Assembly: GCA_050944155.1 (NCBI GenBank)
Contig: JBMNQN010000010.1
Span: 1 to 30,350, forward strand
DNA length: 30,350 bases
Origin: Candidatus Methanomethylophilaceae archaeon
Lineage (GTDB): Archaea > Thermoplasmatota > Thermoplasmata > Methanomassiliicoccales > Methanomethylophilaceae
Direction of reading: 5' to 3'
In this document: positions 26,969-30,350 of the stretch, in pieces
How positions within the stretch are numbered: position 1 is the first letter of the stretch
Layout: every line of letters begins with the position of its first letter
Made by a program: the position numbers and the translations under genes
The notes under the pieces: generated by a model
Databases searched by the model: none
Told to the model about the DNA's origin: nothing
Seen by the model: the letters and a program-made list of their open reading frames with translations, nothing else

Positions 26969-28579
26969 TTAGTAGAGGTTGTAGACCGAGTTCAGTCCGT
27001 TCCTTCCGAAGACGAAAGAGATCATGGGTTTCCTTACGGGTATGTACTCGTTTTCGCAGGAATCGTACGTTTCGGCCGCTTCGGCGGCATCGGAAACCGA
27101 CGGAATTTTCGTCATATCGGAAACTTCCGTTTCCGCCTGTTCTTTCACGAATTCAGAAATCTGAACCTCTGGCGCCGTTTCGATTTCCGGCATGGAAACG
27201 ATCGATTCCACGAGACTGTCAAGCATGAGGAGGGCTTCCGCGCGTTCGTCGTCGCTCAGAGTCATACTGAGGACGGCCTCTTTCCTTGCTGCTTCCTCCG
27301 CGAGGCGGATTCTTTCTCTGTCTATAGCAAGACCCAGCACTTCCATTCCGTCGTCGGGAATGTCGGTTGAGTCCCATCCGTCCGAGCAGGAATATTCCGC
27401 CGCGTCGGATTCTATGCCGGGGACAGTGAGCATCATGAGACCGCCGGTTTCGTCGTCAATCTCCGTATACTCGGGAACCTGGGACACCGTTTCGGCAGCT
27501 TTGGGTTCGCGCCTTACCGGTTCGGTTATCGGGGGGAGAAAATCGTGTCCGCAGAAATCGGCGTAACTTACGAGCACCTCGGCCGCAGCGGATGTTTCGG
27601 CCGCCTGTGCGGCACATCCGGTGTACTGGGTAACGGTCTCGGAAGCGGAAGCGACCGCTTCGGCACAGGGAACGGTACCTTCGGCGTAAAGACCGGAAGG
27701 CAGTTCCGCCATGGCTATTCTGGCGGACTCTTCGTCCTCCTCCATCATTCTTTCGTTGTCGATAGCGGACATTTCGGGTTCCGGAAGCATCGGACAGGGA
27801 ACGGGAGCAACCAGTCTGGCACTGTCGGCACCTGCCGAAAGCATAACAGGCAGAGCAGGCTGAGAAATGAGTGCCGGCATTTCCTCAGAAGGGAGCATGA
27901 GACACGGAACGGGCGCGGCTATGAAGGGAATTTCTTCGGCCTCCGTATTTTCCGGCACCTCGGTCTCCGGAACCTCTTCGGGTAATTCCGTAACGGAAAC
28001 TTCGGCAGCGGTCGAAGGCAGTCGTTCCACTTCCGCGGGCGGAACGGGGAGCCTTTCTTCGATTTTTTCGGAAATATCGTCGTTGACGACTTCCAATTCG
28101 TACTCCGGTTCTTTATCGAAATTGATGACGGGAGCTGATACAGGAGCCTGTGCCGCCGAAGACGTGACGGCCATTTGGGCCTCGGTAGAAATGCTCATGC
28201 CCGGGATGGTTTTTTCCTCGAAATCGGAATCGGTGAACCTGGATTCGGGCATCCCGTTGGAAAACGAACTTGCTGGCAGGGATGCGGAAACCTTTCCTCC
28301 GAGGAAGCGGCTTCCGGACCTGGAACTTCTGGGTTCTTCGTAATCGATGAAGGGATCGTCCGATGCCGTGATGTAAATGTCCGAACCGGCGTCGAGACTG
28401 TACCTTATGCATCCGTTGTTCTCCAGATTCCGGATTTCCGTCTTCTCCGGACGCTTGTAGAAACGTCCGTTTTCCTCGGTGTCCGGTATGTCCTGTGCCT
28501 CGTCGGCCTTCTTTCTGCCGAAAAGCCGTCGCTTAATCCTATTTAGAGTGCTACCGCTGTTTCTGCCATAGTTACCCAT
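26969..28579 (-). CDS. Acidic, low-complexity hypothetical protein (536 aa)
   Basis: Long ORF rich in E/A/S/P/D with a basic N-terminus, internal APVPCxMLP repeats and no recognisable domain. Upstream TATA-like TTTTATAT at about 28622-28615. Confidence 0.78.
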   Translation of the reverse strand: MGNYGRNSGSTLNRIKRRLFGRKKADEAQDIPDTEENGRFYKRPEKTEIRNLENNGCIRYSLDAGSDIYITASDDPFIDYEEPRSSRSGSRFLGGKVSASLPASSFSNGMPESRFTDSDFEEKTIPGMSISTEAQMAVTSSAAQAPVSAPVINFDKEPEYELEVVNDDISEKIEERLPVPPAEVERLPSTAAEVSVTELPEEVPETEVPENTEAEEIPFIAAPVPCLMLPSEEMPALISQPALPVMLSAGADSARLVAPVPCPMLPEPEMSAIDNERMMEEDEESARIAMAELPSGLYAEGTVPCAEAVASASETVTQYTGCAAQAAETSAAAEVLVSYADFCGHDFLPPITEPVRREPKAAETVSQVPEYTEIDDETGGLMMLTVPGIESDAAEYSCSDGWDSTDIPDDGMEVLGLAIDRERIRLAEEAARKEAVLSMTLSDDERAEALLMLDSLVESIVSMPEIETAPEVQISEFVKEQAETEVSDMTKIPSVSDAAEAAETYDSCENEYIPVRKPMISFVFGRNGLNSVYNLY

Positions 28580-28635
28580 AGCTATCCCATCCGCTTAGAC
28601 ATAGGAATTTACCATATAAAAAAGTAGCTTACAGC

Positions 28636-29019
28636 TCAACTCCGGACGAATTTTACGTAATCCGCTTTGGCTTCCGCGTTGATGGCTCTGAGCAGCTCTT
28701 TGACCCTTTCCGCTTCGGCGGAAACCACCATGACTTCGAGGCATTTGTTGTTCAGAAGATGCGAGTGCATCTGGGTCTTGACGTCGGACTGATGTTTTGC
28801 CTGGATTGTGTTCATCCACGGATCCGAATGGTCTCTCCTTACGATTATCAGAACCCCTTCTACGAATCCGTCCAGCTCTTCGATTTCTTTCACTTTCGAT
28901 TCCGCTTCCTTGATGGAGAGCCTAACTGCTTCGCTCCGTCCCGCCAGGGAATAAACTTTCCGGATTTCATCCAACGCGGCGATGTTTTCGTCGCTCAGGG
29001 AAACACTTACGACTGCCAT
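28636..29019 (-). CDS. NikR-family (ribbon-helix-helix + ACT-like) transcriptional regulator, atypical
   Basis: RHH VVSVSLSD...LDEI...GRSEAVR, GVLIIV, metal-site HSH....CLEV, C-terminal V..VK. Confidence 0.88.
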   Translation of the reverse strand: MAVVSVSLSDENIAALDEIRKVYSLAGRSEAVRLSIKEAESKVKEIEELDGFVEGVLIIVRRDHSDPWMNTIQAKHQSDVKTQMHSHLLNNKCLEVMVVSAEAERVKELLRAINAEAKADYVKFVRS

Positions 29020-29029
29020 GCTGCTTTAT

Positions 29030-29073
29030 GGCAATTATTTTATTAACTTTTTACTGAATATTTGATAATTGCC
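29030..29073. promoter_or_regulatory. Inverted repeat GGCAATTAT-N26-ATAATTGCC in the divergent nikR-like/terC promoter
   Basis: Perfect 9-bp half-sites at 29030-29038 and 29065-29073. Confidence 0.5.
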
Positions 29074-29121
29074 TGTAAACTTCACTATTAATTTTAAATG
29101 ATTAATCCCTTTTACGGAGGC

Positions 29122-30042
29122 ATGCTTGCAGACGCAGAGCTCATAGAGTGGGTCGGACTGTTCCTCATTCTTACCGTAGCTCTGCTTCTCGACAACTTCG
29201 TAATCAACCGTGGCGCAAAACACATTACGACGAAATCCGCCCTGATTCAGACGGCGGGATGGGTGTCTCTGGCCGTTTTGTTCGGTATATATATCTGGAC
29301 TACCCGCGGAGCGGAATCCGGAATGGAATATTATGCCAGCTACGTTATCGAAGAGGCTCTTAGCGTCGACAACATGTTCGTCTTCATTCTGATCTTCACC
29401 ATGTTTTCGATTCCGGACGATTACCAGCACAAAGCCCTGTTCTACGGCGTGGTAGGAGCGATTGTGTTCCGTCTGCTGTTCATTTTCGCGGGTTCGGAAC
29501 TGCTCATAAGATTCCACGTCGTGATGTACATATTCGGATTCCTGCTGATATTTGCCGCGATAAAAACGATGTTCGGAAAGGAAGGCGGAGGGGGAAACAA
29601 AATCGCCACTTTCCTGTCCAGACATCTGAACGTTTCTCCGGAACTGGACGGGGACAAACTCTTCACCCACAAGGATGGGGTGCGCCTGGTCACTCCGCTT
29701 TTAATCTGTATCATCGTAATCGAGTTCACGGATATCGTGTTCGCGCTGGATTCGATTCCGGCGGTTCTGAGCATCACGACGGATAAATTCATCGTATATT
29801 CGTCGAACATTTTCGCGGTGCTGGGTCTCAGGTCTCTGTACTTCGCGCTGAGAGGATCTCTGACGCACTTAAAGTATCTGAAATACGGACTGGGTCTGAT
29901 TCTTATATTCGTCGGAGTGAAGATGCTGATAGGAGATTATTACGAGTTTACGATTGTGCAGTCCCTGGCGTTTATAGCGATTGCGCTGGTAGTCACGATT
30001 GTTGCGTCGGTGTTCGTTGGGAAAAAATCGACTGAAGCCTAA
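29122..30042 (+). CDS. TerC/Alx family metal homeostasis membrane protein
   Basis: YVIEEALSVDNMFVF, QHKALFYGVVGAIVFR, IEFTDIVFALDSIPAV, YSSNIFAVLGLRSLYF, LKYGL..IL.FVGVKML. TTTTAAA at 29092-29098 supports the start at 29122. Confidence 0.94.
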   Translation: MLADAELIEWVGLFLILTVALLLDNFVINRGAKHITTKSALIQTAGWVSLAVLFGIYIWTTRGAESGMEYYASYVIEEALSVDNMFVFILIFTMFSIPDDYQHKALFYGVVGAIVFRLLFIFAGSELLIRFHVVMYIFGFLLIFAAIKTMFGKEGGGGNKIATFLSRHLNVSPELDGDKLFTHKDGVRLVTPLLICIIVIEFTDIVFALDSIPAVLSITTDKFIVYSSNIFAVLGLRSLYFALRGSLTHLKYLKYGLGLILIFVGVKMLIGDYYEFTIVQSLAFIAIALVVTIVASVFVGKKSTEA

Positions 30043-30192
30043 TTATACGCGTTTTTATTGCGGTATAATTTTATAATCTGAATTTAATAAAACAAAAATT
30101 CCAAATTTATCATAACCTAATCTTTATTCGAAAAAATCTGTAAGTGCTCAAAACAAATTTTTTGATTGGCTTAGAATGTTTGAGAGTATTGA

Positions 30193-30350
30193 ATCTACAG
30201 TAGTAGAAATTTGAATGAGTTTTTGACGAGACAACACTGGAGACGTCTCCACAGATCTACAATAGTAGAAATTTGAATGAGTTTTTGACACCCCCTTGCT
30301 TACTATCAGGGCATCATCTACAATAGTAGAAATTTGAATGAGTTTTTGAC
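30193..30350 (-). CRISPR. CRISPR array with type V-A (Cas12a)-like repeat, truncated at the window end
   Basis: Three 35-nt repeats (30193-30227, 30255-30289, 30316-30350) with unique 27- and 26-nt spacers. The minus-strand consensus GTCAAAAACTCATTCAAATTTCTACTATTGTAGAT ends in the AATTTCTAC-N4-GTAGAT handle. Confidence 0.95.

Noticed and set aside
30043-30192. AT-rich stretch as the CRISPR leader or a tracrRNA
   Set aside because: Repeat orientation and the variant terminal repeat place this at the trailer end. No clear anti-repeat is visible, and Cas12a needs no tracrRNA.
30228-30315. Self-targeting by CRISPR spacers within the window
   Set aside because: By eye I found only short matches (GAGACGTCTC at 2231-2240, ACTATCAGG at 15031-15039), too short to be protospacers.

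Overview
This is archaeal chromosomal DNA, most consistent with Methanomassiliicoccales (Thermoplasmata). The assignment is an inference from a stand-alone 5S rRNA, a Sel1-repeat protein, class I LysRS, Topo VI, ArcS, Sec61-beta, TATA boxes about 25 nt upstream of start codons, and no TAG stop among 30 called CDS. Most of the window is housekeeping: arcS, cbiC, a pyrBI operon, 5S rRNA, a pyruvate:ferredoxin oxidoreductase operon divergent from ppsA, a CBS-ParB protein, tRNA-Asp, a Btu/Fec-type ABC importer, panD-rnhA, hisS, a DRG GTPase, top6BA, lysS, secG, a CPA2 antiporter, and a NikR-like regulator divergent from terC/alx. The window ends inside a CRISPR array with type V-A (Cas12a)-style repeats on the minus strand, and no cas genes are visible. 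The best unexplained signals are (i) a ~100-nt candidate small RNA at 411-510 with six CAUC motifs, its own TATA box and a U-tract; (ii) an atypical NikR lacking one canonical Ni ligand, paired with TerC across an inverted repeat; (iii) a structured non-coding region upstream of cbiC; and (iv) tandem palindromic operator-like sites between por and ppsA. No database searches or folding programs were run.
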